Below, piece by piece: positions 29,662 through 38,378 of a DNA stretch of 64,000 bases. The notes under the pieces are model-generated. The model searched no databases. It saw only the letters and a list, made by a program, of their open reading frames with translations, and was not told the DNA's origin. The position numbers and the translations under genes were made by a program. Numbering within the stretch: position 1 is the stretch's first letter; each line of letters opens with the position of its first letter. Source of the DNA: Candidatus Latescibacterota bacterium (GTDB lineage Bacteria; Latescibacterota; UBA2968); assembly GCA_965198115.1 (NCBI GenBank), contig OZ240241.1:768001-832000 (forward strand). Reading direction: 5' to 3'.

Positions 29662-30720
29662 TCAATGTTCTATCTTCAATCGTATCTCTCTCCCCGTTTC
29701 CGCACTTTTGAGCAGTCCTTCCATCATCTGTTGTACAATAAGGCCGTGGCGAAGTGGAGCGCTGGTCTGCTTGCCATTCAGCACACAGTCGATGAAGTGC
29801 CCGGCGATCGCGTTCCAGCTCGCCTCGCCCCCTCGAGGCAGGTCGACATTCACATCCTGCGGTGTCGTCCCATCGTTGCGATACAGCGTCAGCGGCGACA
29901 GTTGACCGCCGGCCTCCGTACCAAACAGCTCGATCTGGAATTCCCCGGGTTGGTGGGAGGCCCAGAAGCTTTCGATTTGGAGTCCAACCCCGTTCTCGAA
30001 GCGGATGAAGCCGCCCGCGAAGTCGTCCGCTGCGAATTTTCGGGCGAGGGAGCGGGGGACCGTGCCGGCACCGCTGTAGCCCAGCCCTCGCGGACCGAAT
30101 TTCGCGCCCGAGACACCCGTCACGGTGGCCGGTACAGGAAAGCCCAGAATCGTCCATACAGCGTCGAGCGCGTGAACCCCCATGTCGCGAAAGGCCCCGC
30201 CGCCCTCGCTGATGAATCCCAGATTCCACGCGGGGATTCCGCTTCGTCGCACGCTCCTGGCGCGCGCGTAGTAAAGTTCACCGAAATAGCGCTCTCGGGA
30301 CAACTTGCTCAGGTAACTGCACGCGGGGCCGAAGCGCGTGGATAACGACATCATGTTCACAACCCCGGCCGCTTCCGCCGCTTTCACGAGCCGTTTCGCG
30401 GCGGCATCCGAGTCGGCGAGCGGTTTTGTCACGAGGACGTGCTTGTCACGCCTGACAGCCTCGAGCGCGATCGGAACGTGCCACTGATTTGGGGTGCCGA
30501 CGAACACGGCGTCGATTTCCGGGTCGCGACACATCGCTTTGTAGTCCGTGTAGAACTTCGGTGCGCCGGGAAGTTCGGCCGCGAATTCTTCCATGCGCGA
30601 CGCGTCCAGATCGCACAACGCGACGACCTCGCCGTTAGGATGTCCGGACAGGGCCCGCCCGTTGGGCTTTCCGATTCCCATGCCTACGATGGCAACACAC
30701 ACTTTCTTGCGTGAGGGCAT
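29662..30720 (-). CDS. Gfo/Idh/MocA family oxidoreductase
   Basis: VAIVGMGIG, VGTPNQWH, VTKPLA, GGGAFRDMGVH. Confidence 0.92.
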   Translation of the reverse strand: MPSRKKVCVAIVGMGIGKPNGRALSGHPNGEVVALCDLDASRMEEFAAELPGAPKFYTDYKAMCRDPEIDAVFVGTPNQWHVPIALEAVRRDKHVLVTKPLADSDAAAKRLVKAAEAAGVVNMMSLSTRFGPACSYLSKLSRERYFGELYYARARSVRRSGIPAWNLGFISEGGGAFRDMGVHALDAVWTILGFPVPATVTGVSGAKFGPRGLGYSGAGTVPRSLARKFAADDFAGGFIRFENGVGLQIESFWASHQPGEFQIELFGTEAGGQLSPLTLYRNDGTTPQDVNVDLPRGGEASWNAIAGHFIDCVLNGKQTSAPLRHGLIVQQMMEGLLKSAETGREIRLKIEH

Positions 30721-30905
30721 GAACGATTCCACTGAGATTGAACGCCAAACCGCTTTGATCGGACGACCGGAAGGTCTATCATTCACGACGCGTGGGGGAT
30801 AGGTACGGATATTCCATTGAAAAGTGAATATTGAAAATTGAACGTTCGATTCATCGGGCCTCCGGCCTGAATGTTTCGGTCTCGTGCCACCGATAGGGAG
30901 AAACG

Positions 30906-32041
30906 ATGCTGACGCGACAAGGATCCGAGGATAGACAAGCCCGCCTGAGGGAGCGGCTGACGGCGGACGGGATCGACGCTGTGATGATCACCGATCAGCG
31001 GGAGATCTATTACCTGACCGGCGAGCTTCTGAGCAACTACCCGTCCTTTCCATTTCTGTGCTTCCTCTATTTCAAGACCGATGGCGGAAGCTGGCTGGCC
31101 TCTCACGTGGACGACGGGCCGGCGCTCGTGGACGACCGCGTGACCTACAGCTGGATGGAGAACTATACGATGCACCCGGACCCTACCGTTCACCTGAACG
31201 AGGTCGTGCGCACGCGTCTGGCGGATGAGTCATCCGTCAAGACGGTTGGGTATCAGGAAGAAGCGACTCCGAAGCTGCTGGCGGACACGGTCGCCAACGC
31301 TGTCGATCCAGCAGCCTGGGTCTCTGTGGACGGGATGATCCGTGACTTGCAGAAGCGAAAGGACTCCGACGAGGTTGCCCTAATGCGGGAAGCCGCCCGT
31401 GCGGGCCTCGCTGCCTACACGGCAGCTCAGAAGACGATGGCGCCGGGGGTGAACGAACTCGAGGTGCTGTCAGCAGGTCAACTGGCTGCGCGTGAGGCCG
31501 TGGGCGAGAACATCTTTCACGGTGGGGACTACCAGTGCGCGGAACTCGGCGGATGGGCACGGGACCACACCATCGAGGCGGGGCAGCTCTACATCATCGA
31601 TGCGCACACGTGCTATCGCGGCTACTGGTCGGATCTCTGCCGGACGTGGGCAGTGGATGGGAACCCGACGGATCTTCAGGTGAAAGTCTTCGACCACATC
31701 AAGGCGATACTCGAAGACGTGCCCAATCTCGTACAGCCGGAGGCAAGGGGACCGAGCTGTTCGCGACGATCGATGCGCGCATTCGGGAGCTGCCGGAATT
31801 CGTCGATGAGAGACTGATCCACCACGCGGGACACGCCGTCGGCATTCGTCCGCACGAGATGCCGGACCTGAACAAGAACCGTGAGGGAATTTTCGAAGTG
31901 GGGAATGTGATCTCTTGCGAGCCCGGGGCTTACAGCGAGGCACTCAACTTCGGAATGCGACTTGAGAATACGTTCTACATCGGCGAGAATGGACTGGAGA
32001 ATATATCGGAGTATCCGATCGAGATTGTTCCGAGGAAGTGA
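30906..32041 (+). CDS. M24-family Xaa-Pro peptidase, frameshift near 31740
   Basis: IID...YWSDLCRT in the first ORF; HHAGHAVG...HE...CEPG...RLEN in the second. Confidence 0.88.
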
Positions 32042-32046
32042 ACCCA

Positions 32047-32070
32047 CCCTTCGCCTGCGCTCAGGGCAGG
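32047..32070. repeat. REP-like dispersed intergenic repeat
   Basis: CCCTTCGCCTGCGCTCAGGGCAGG; 21/24 identical to 45095-45118. Confidence 0.65.
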
Positions 32071-32091
32071 CGCCACACACGGAGAACACAG

Positions 32092-32125
32092 AGGGCGAGG
32101 CCTTGCGGCTTCGCCCTTTCCATTT
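32092..32125 (+). terminator. Putative intrinsic terminator between convergent genes
   Basis: AGGGCGAGGCC-TTGC-GGCTTCGCCCT-TTCCATTT. Confidence 0.55.
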
Positions 32126-32178
32126 TCGGATGGCGACCGTCCCGAACACGAATGTCGTGAAGTGAATTGCGGGCGAGG

Positions 32179-33207
32179 TTACGTCCCGTAGACCTTTGAC
32201 TGGCCTGGAGGAGTGGGCAGTGACAGGATCTTGCCTTTGTCCGCTGCTTCTCGCGCCATCAGGGCGAGGCGGGTGACGTAGGTGGCTTCGTAAGGATCGA
32301 TCAGGTGCGTGCCCTCACCCTTCAGTTCCGCGATGAGATCGGCGAGGAGGTTGATGGATTCGGGAAGAGGGAGGTCGCAGGGCTCGCCCTCCCGCAGGAG
32401 AGTGGTGCGTGTTCCACCGTCGACGATCTCCAGGACACCTTCACTGCCCGCAATGCGGAGACGATCGTCGCCGTGGGTCGCAGCACCTTCGGGCCGAAGA
32501 TAGTCGAGATGGATGACCGCCGTGCCTCCGTTTCCGAACCGGTACAGGATCCCGCCGTGGTCTTCGCAACCGGGATAGTCCGGGTGTGATGCGTTGCCGT
32601 GCAGGGCGGTGACGTGCGTGTAGTCCTGGCCAGTAACCCAGCGGACGTAGTCGATGGCGTGGATGGCAACCCACGGGATTGATCCGCCATACGTCTCCCG
32701 CTCGCGGAAGAAATCGGGTCGTTTGCCAAATTTGTAGGACTTTTGCCCCGTCGCCAGAATCGGTTCGCCGATCAGGCCGTCGGTGACAGCCTTTCGGGCG
32801 GTGAGGAAGGAGGGCCCGAAGCGCATCCCGAACATGGCAGTCAATCGGGCTTTGCTTCTGACGCGCGCTTCTTCCACGCGATTGAGCGCATCGAAGGACG
32901 TGGCGACCGGTTTCTCGCTGACGACGTGGATATCCCGATCGAGGGCGGCGACCGTGGCTTCCGCATTCATCGGGTAGGGACGACAGACGGCTACGATGTC
33001 GAGGTCGGCCTAGTCCAGCATGGCGACCCAATCGTCGTAGAAGACCGTGTTATCCGAAAAGGCGGGATGAGCTCGAACTCTCTTGAGATCCTCGCCGGGT
33101 GTGCCCGTGGCAGCGGCTGCGAGGAGGGCGTCGTCGAGTTTTGGGATGCCGTCGAGGACGTAGTTGAGGTGGCCGACCGTTCCGATGACCCCTACGCGAA
33201 AAGACAC
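32179..33207 (-). pseudogene. Gfo/Idh/MocA family oxidoreductase with an in-frame TAG at 33010-33012
   Basis: GAGG RBS + GTG 33207. VSFRVGVIGTVGH...WVAMLD*ADLDIVAVCRPY...HVVSEKP; both ORF-track pieces are in the same frame. Confidence 0.85.
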
Positions 33208-33220
33208 ACGAGTTTCCTCG

Positions 33221-33577
33221 TTAGAGTGCGTCGTGACGACCGCGAGGTTGGGAGATGATTTCGTGACGCCCCGCGCCGAGTGATTCTGCGATGGCCGTTG
33301 CGATGGCGTGGGCATCGACGGATGTGCCGCAGGTGAAGACGTCGACGGCCGCATAGCCCCGCTCGGGCCAGGTGTGGACCGCGATGTGGCTTTCTGTGAT
33401 GACGACGACACCGGACACGCCGTGGGGGGAGAAAGGATAGAACGAGGAAATCACGACGGTTGCGCCAGCGTCTCTCGCGCTGTCTTCGAGGGTGCGTTCG
33501 AGGAAGGGGGCGTCGTTCAGCCGGTCCTTCGGACAGTCGTAGAGTTCGACGAGTAGATGTTGACCCAGGGCGTCCAA
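33221..33577 (-). CDS. speD: S-adenosylmethionine decarboxylase proenzyme (pyruvoyl-dependent, class 1B)
   Basis: GQHLLVELYDC, GVSGVVVITESHIAVHTWPE...YAAVDVFTCG; TTG start. Confidence 0.9.
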   Translation of the reverse strand: MDALGQHLLVELYDCPKDRLNDAPFLERTLEDSARDAGATVVISSFYPFSPHGVSGVVVITESHIAVHTWPERGYAAVDVFTCGTSVDAHAIATAIAESLGAGRHEIISQPRGRHDAL

Positions 33578-33585
33578 CGATCGGC

Positions 33586-34353
33586 TCAGAGAAGGGCTGC
33601 GACGAAATCGCGAGCGTCGGCAGCTGCGCGCACGGGAAGATCCCAGTCGGCGTGTTCCAGTTCCACAACGAGGTGTCCATCGTAGCCTGCGCCGTCCAAG
33701 AGCTTGACTAAATCCTGAAACGGCAGGTCGCCTTCTCCGAAGGGAACGGGGGTTGCCCCTTTCTGCTCGCGCAGATGAACCAGGCCTATTCGGTCTGCGA
33801 ATTTCTCGGTGAAGCCCACGACGTCCAAGCCCGCGCTCAGAAGATGGCCGGTGTCGACGAGGATTCGGGCGCGTTCGCCGACGTTGGGTAGGACGGCGCT
33901 GTAGTCGTCGATGTTTTCGAGCCGGTTACCGCGGTGGTTCCCGAGATTGAGGGAAATGTCGGGGACGCGCTCGAGGAGGGTGTTGACGCCCCCGATCAGA
34001 TCTTCCATCGCCTCATCCGTTCGTGCCCCGCCTTTGGTGTTGGCCGATTTCAACCGGAGTGCGCGGGTCAGATGGATATCCCATTCGATCTGGCGCAGGT
34101 TGTAGGGTAGGTTCCGCTCGTCGCTGTCCGCTTTCCGACCGGTGATATTCCGAATGTTCAGACCGGTCAACGTGACGCCGGATGCGTCCAGCTGTTCCCG
34201 TACCATCCGGACGGACCAATCAGGATGGACTGGACTGCTCTGCGTCCACGTTCGGAAGAGCTCGATCTTGTCGAATCCTGCACGGCGCGCGAGGTCCGTC
34301 GCATCGGGCAGCAGCGCGGATGGACAATGGGTGGGGCTGAATACGAGTTCCAT
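33586..34353 (-). CDS. Sugar phosphate isomerase/epimerase family (xylose-isomerase-like TIM barrel)
   Basis: GFDKIEL, DTGHL, VHLRE, PFGEGDLPF, GYDGHLVVELE. Confidence 0.85.
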   Translation of the reverse strand: MELVFSPTHCPSALLPDATDLARRAGFDKIELFRTWTQSSPVHPDWSVRMVREQLDASGVTLTGLNIRNITGRKADSDERNLPYNLRQIEWDIHLTRALRLKSANTKGGARTDEAMEDLIGGVNTLLERVPDISLNLGNHRGNRLENIDDYSAVLPNVGERARILVDTGHLLSAGLDVVGFTEKFADRIGLVHLREQKGATPVPFGEGDLPFQDLVKLLDGAGYDGHLVVELEHADWDLPVRAAADARDFVAALL

Positions 34354-34385
34354 GAAACCAAACACCTTACCACGAAAAAACCTGA

Positions 34386-34543
34386 ACCACCAAACACACG
34401 AAATACACGAAAACTGGGTGGAGAGCCGGAAGGAAGCAAAGAGCCCAAGGTTGGTTCGAAGGTAGGCCCATCGCCACGCGGACTCTCGTGACTTCGATCT
34501 TAGGTCTGGCAGGCCCGTTCGTGCTTTTCGTGTATTTCGTGGT
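34386..34543. repeat. Pair of 26-bp inverted repeats with 9-nt periodicity bracketing about 106 bp (MITE/REP-like)
   Basis: ACCACCAAACACACGAAATACACGAA (34386-34411) versus the reverse complement of 34518-34543, ACCACGAAATACACGAAAAGCACGAA; 22/26 identical. Confidence 0.7.
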
Positions 34544-34552
34544 GTGTCTGTC

Positions 34553-35293
34553 TTAGTCGATGCCGTCCCAGTATGTCCAGTGATCGTCGGGAAATTCGAA
34601 GAGGATGTCGCTGTTGTCGACGTGGTTGAGGCGTGTGATCGTACAAAAGCGGATTTCCGGCCGACAGTTCTTCGAGGCGGAATGAACCGTGCCTCCGTGC
34701 CAGAGACAGGCGGTTCCGGGAGGGCCGGTGATCTCGACGGGATCGGGCATGTCGTAGACTTCGCGTACGTTCCCGCCCTTCACGCTGAGCATAGCGTGCG
34801 TTTTAAAGTACTCGGCCGATTGGAGATGCGTCCCGGGCCAGACCGTGAATCCCCCACCCCTCGGGTGCTGGTGGCTCAGATACATCGTCACACCGATGAA
34901 GAACCGTCCGACGGTCCCCTCGGGGACGCCATTCGTGGGTGTGTAATAGCCATCCAGATGGCCACCAGGAGCCGTCCATTCGGTCTCACCGGACGGGAAG
35001 TTGAGCTGCGGGCCGAATGACTGGGGACGAGTCAACTTCCCTTTACCGACGAGCGATTCCGCGGCTTCGTAAACGGGTGATTCGAAGAGGGTGGCGAGCA
35101 GCGCCGGATCATCGCCGCACTTGGGCATGGTGGGGCCCGCTCCGACCCACGTGGAAGGGTCGTCACGGTTCGCTTCTATGTGGGGCCAGATGGCCTCGAC
35201 CCCGGCTTCGACCTGCTCGTCGGTCAACGTGTTGTGAAGCACGAGGTAGCCGTTTTCCTTGAAGAAGGTCTTATGTTCACCGATCAGAGACAT
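34553..35293 (-). CDS. Phytanoyl-CoA dioxygenase (PhyH) family protein
   Basis: FFKENGYLVL, GHLDG, GGFTVWPGTH, LWHGGTVHSASKN. Confidence 0.88.
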   Translation of the reverse strand: MSLIGEHKTFFKENGYLVLHNTLTDEQVEAGVEAIWPHIEANRDDPSTWVGAGPTMPKCGDDPALLATLFESPVYEAAESLVGKGKLTRPQSFGPQLNFPSGETEWTAPGGHLDGYYTPTNGVPEGTVGRFFIGVTMYLSHQHPRGGGFTVWPGTHLQSAEYFKTHAMLSVKGGNVREVYDMPDPVEITGPPGTACLWHGGTVHSASKNCRPEIRFCTITRLNHVDNSDILFEFPDDHWTYWDGID

Positions 35294-35312
35294 CGCAACC
35301 CCGTCTCAGGGA

Positions 35313-36242
35313 TCATTCCCTTTCGGCCAGCCAGCGCTCGGCGTCGATCGCTGCGGCACAACCGGTGCCTGCCGCCGTTACCGCCTGGCGATAGATGTGA
35401 TCGACGCAATCGCCACAGGCAAAAATGCCATCGACGCTCGTGTAGGTCGTGGGTGATTTCACTTCGATGTAGCCGTTCTCGTCGAGGTCGAGTTTGCCGC
35501 CGAGCCATTTCGTGTTGGGCACGTGCCCGATGGCGACGAACACGCCCTGACAGTCGAAGTCGCGCTTTTCGGAGGATTTCACGTTTTCGAGTTCTACGCC
35601 TGTGACCGTCAGTTGCTCCGGGTCGTAGATGTCGGTAACGACGGTATCCCAGATGAAGTCGATCTTGTCGTTGGCGAAAGCGCGCTCCTGCATGACTTTG
35701 GACGCTCGAAGCTCGTCCCTGCGGTGAACGACGTTCACTTTTGAAGCGAACCGGGTGAGGAATAGGGAATCTTCCATTGCCGTGTCGCCGCCACCGATGA
35801 CGACGAGTTCCTGATCGCGGAAGAAGGCCCCGTCACACGTGGCGCAGGAGCTCAGGCCGTGACCGAGCAGCTTGGATTCAGACTCGAGCCCGAGGTAGCG
35901 GGGGCTGGCGCCGGTCGCGATGATGACGGTCTTCGACTCGACAGTACGGTCCCCGTCGATCGTGAGCTTGAAAGGCTGAGCGCTCGTGTCGATTTCCGTG
36001 ACCAGCCCGTATTCGAGTCGCGTGCCGAACTTCACTGCCTGGGCCCTCATGTCCATCATGAGAACCGGGCCGTCGATCCCTTCGGAGAACCCAGGATAGT
36101 TCTCGACAAGGGTGGTCGTGCCCAACTGGCCGTTCGGCAGGTCGCCCTCGAACACCAGAGGCTCGAGGCCCGCACGCGAGCTGTAAAGCGCAGCCGTGTA
36201 GCCCGCGCAACCTGTTCCCACAACAACGACGTTTTCCACCAT
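35313..36242 (-). CDS. trxB: Thioredoxin-disulfide reductase
   Basis: CATCDG active site, GGGDTAMED, VHRRDELRAS, YRQAVTAAGTGC. Confidence 0.97.
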   Translation of the reverse strand: MVENVVVVGTGCAGYTAALYSSRAGLEPLVFEGDLPNGQLGTTTLVENYPGFSEGIDGPVLMMDMRAQAVKFGTRLEYGLVTEIDTSAQPFKLTIDGDRTVESKTVIIATGASPRYLGLESESKLLGHGLSSCATCDGAFFRDQELVVIGGGDTAMEDSLFLTRFASKVNVVHRRDELRASKVMQERAFANDKIDFIWDTVVTDIYDPEQLTVTGVELENVKSSEKRDFDCQGVFVAIGHVPNTKWLGGKLDLDENGYIEVKSPTTYTSVDGIFACGDCVDHIYRQAVTAAGTGCAAAIDAERWLAERE

Positions 36243-36468
36243 CCCCTCCGTTACGGTTTATGTCGTTTCAGATCCCCGATAAGGTCGGTTCCAACCCTGC
36301 TTCGAGTCCAACCAGGCACGTTTCGTGCAGCACACGACGTAAGTAGAACAGGCGGGAGATTGCCGTGTTGTCAACCGGATGGTTGAGATGTGGCTTCTGA
36401 AGGGAAAGCGATGAGAGTAAAGAGGAAACTGCAGAAGGTCAGGTTGCCTGAACTCTGAACACTCGCTT

Positions 36469-36843
36469 CTACTCATAAAGTACGATGTCGTCGCCTTCCC
36501 GCTCGACTCGATAGGATCGCACACGAATGTTCGGATCGGTAATGCTCACACCAGTTTTGACGTCGAATTCCCACTGGTGCCACGGGCATTTCAAGATCTC
36601 GTTTTCCCGTTCGTGGGCGTAACCGAATCCTTGCGCGACGACGAGTGGGCGAAGTCGCCCGAGGCAGAGTGGGCCTGTTCTGTGGGGGCAGATGTTACGG
36701 AGTCCGTAGAAGTCGCCGCCTACGTTGAAGATGCCGATTTCCCGCGTCCCAATCTTGATGATCTTGCGATGGCCGGGCTCCAGTTCTTTGGCGCGAGCAA
36801 CGACGTGGCGTTTGGTCTTTCCGTTGCTTCCCTCAGATGCCAT
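36469..36843 (-). CDS. Rieske [2Fe-2S] ferredoxin
   Basis: CPHRTGPL...CPWHQWEFD; overlaps the upstream stop. Confidence 0.94.
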   Translation of the reverse strand: MASEGSNGKTKRHVVARAKELEPGHRKIIKIGTREIGIFNVGGDFYGLRNICPHRTGPLCLGRLRPLVVAQGFGYAHERENEILKCPWHQWEFDVKTGVSITDPNIRVRSYRVEREGDDIVLYE

Positions 36844-37960
36844 ACATCTCCCGCGCGTTCGTCCCGAAAATTTTGGCGCGAAGATTGTCGTCGAACCCCG
36901 GAAGCAGGCCGGATGGCTCGTCCCAGTCCCAATGAGGATAATCGCTTGCGAATACGAAGACTTCGTCCGCTCGACACCACCTCAGATAGGTTTCCATGTC
37001 CTCGCGAGTTGGCATATCGGGCATCGGCTGCGTACCCAGGCGAATGTTGGTGCGAACATACTCGCTGGGAAGCTTCTTGACCCACGGTGTGTAGTCGCGG
37101 AGCGACTTCCAGTCTTTGTCCATGTGCCAGAGCAGACCGGGTAGCCAGAAGGTGTCCACTTCGATGAACAGGAACATGAATTCAGGGAACTTCTCGAAAA
37201 CACCCTCACAAATCAGGCTCGTCACGTGGGCCATCGCAACCTGGGGACGGGCCATCCGCATTTCGAGATAGTAGGTCGGATAGCCGGCTGCTGTCGGGGA
37301 TGCTGATGTACCAGCGCCTTCGGCACCAAAGTGGCAGGAAACAGGCAGACCGTGGCGTGCACACGCTTCGTAGATTGGGTGGTAATGCCGGTTGCCGAAC
37401 GGCATTCGTGCACCGGCCGGCATCATGACTTGAATGTAGCGGGGATCTGGACCCAGCCGGTCGATCTCCTCGACTGCGAGTTGGGGATCGGCCGGTGAAA
37501 TGTGTATGGAGGCTCTGAGGCGATCGTCGGCTGCAAGCCAGGTTTCAGCAGTCCAATCGTTGAACGCCCGGCAGTATGCGGATGCGTAGTCGGGGTTGTG
37601 GTGAACGGCAGCCGCGTAGGGGCCACCGGTGAGAACGCCCAGGTCGATGTCATACCGATCGAGGTGCTTTTCGACGCAGACATCGATGCGGGTACCTGGG
37701 CTCTCGTCTCCGTCGATTTCGGCCCACAGATCGTGACGTGAACCTTTCCCTGGCATATTGGTGTAGCCCAGGCCCGGCATCATACTTCCAAAGTCCTGGA
37801 TCTGCTCTACGTATTGTCTTGGAAGAAAGGGAAAGAGCTCCTCGGACTTGCCGACGTTGTGGTGCACGTCGCAATCGATAATCTCGGGAACGGTCTTGGT
37901 TTTGGTCGGTACTTTGACCTCGATTTTCTCCACCGGACGCCGGAACGTGGCCACGGACAT
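36833..37960 (-). CDS. Amidohydrolase_2 family protein (possible dinuclear oxygenase subunit)
   Basis: IIDCDVHH, YHPIYEAC...CHFG, EGVFEKFP...FIE, FASDYPHWDWD. Confidence 0.9.
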   Translation of the reverse strand: MSVATFRRPVEKIEVKVPTKTKTVPEIIDCDVHHNVGKSEELFPFLPRQYVEQIQDFGSMMPGLGYTNMPGKGSRHDLWAEIDGDESPGTRIDVCVEKHLDRYDIDLGVLTGGPYAAAVHHNPDYASAYCRAFNDWTAETWLAADDRLRASIHISPADPQLAVEEIDRLGPDPRYIQVMMPAGARMPFGNRHYHPIYEACARHGLPVSCHFGAEGAGTSASPTAAGYPTYYLEMRMARPQVAMAHVTSLICEGVFEKFPEFMFLFIEVDTFWLPGLLWHMDKDWKSLRDYTPWVKKLPSEYVRTNIRLGTQPMPDMPTREDMETYLRWCRADEVFVFASDYPHWDWDEPSGLLPGFDDNLRAKIFGTNAREMYGI

Positions 37961-38003
37961 GGGTGCCTCCTTGACCTGCTGAGTGCTAAACAGTGCCGTC
38001 CTG

Positions 38004-38033
38004 AGAATATGGGGTAGGCTGCACCTAAGTCAA
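38004..38033 (-). promoter_or_regulatory. Putative sigma-70 promoter of the amidohydrolase-Rieske unit
   Basis: TTGACT-N18-TATTCT on the minus strand. Confidence 0.45.
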
Positions 38034-38378
38034 GCGCTATGAGGATCTTGGGGCTGCGCATATATTGCGTGCATACGTCCTCCTGGCCAAAAACGACAAA
38101 CTCAAAGGAGACTGTCATGGCCACCACATCGATCCGATTCGGTGATATCGAGCATCTGACTGATCGAGAGACACAGATCTGGCTTCGCGCGATCGACTCG
38201 AAGGTCCTTGCTGCGGCGATGAAAGGCGCGAGACGACCTGTCCGAGACAAGATTCTCAAGAACGTCTCACAGCGCGTGGCTGTTCTGTTGGAAGATGAGG
38301 GGAAGCGGATAGGGGCCAGCCAGTCGCCCACCGCCCGAGCGCAGGGTGAGGCTCTTCTGATCGGACTGGTCATAAAAA

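Noticed and set aside
34366-34545. CRISPR array or tRNA in the repeat-containing gap
   Set aside because: There are only two arms, in inverted orientation, with no spacer periodicity, no cas genes and no cloverleaf.
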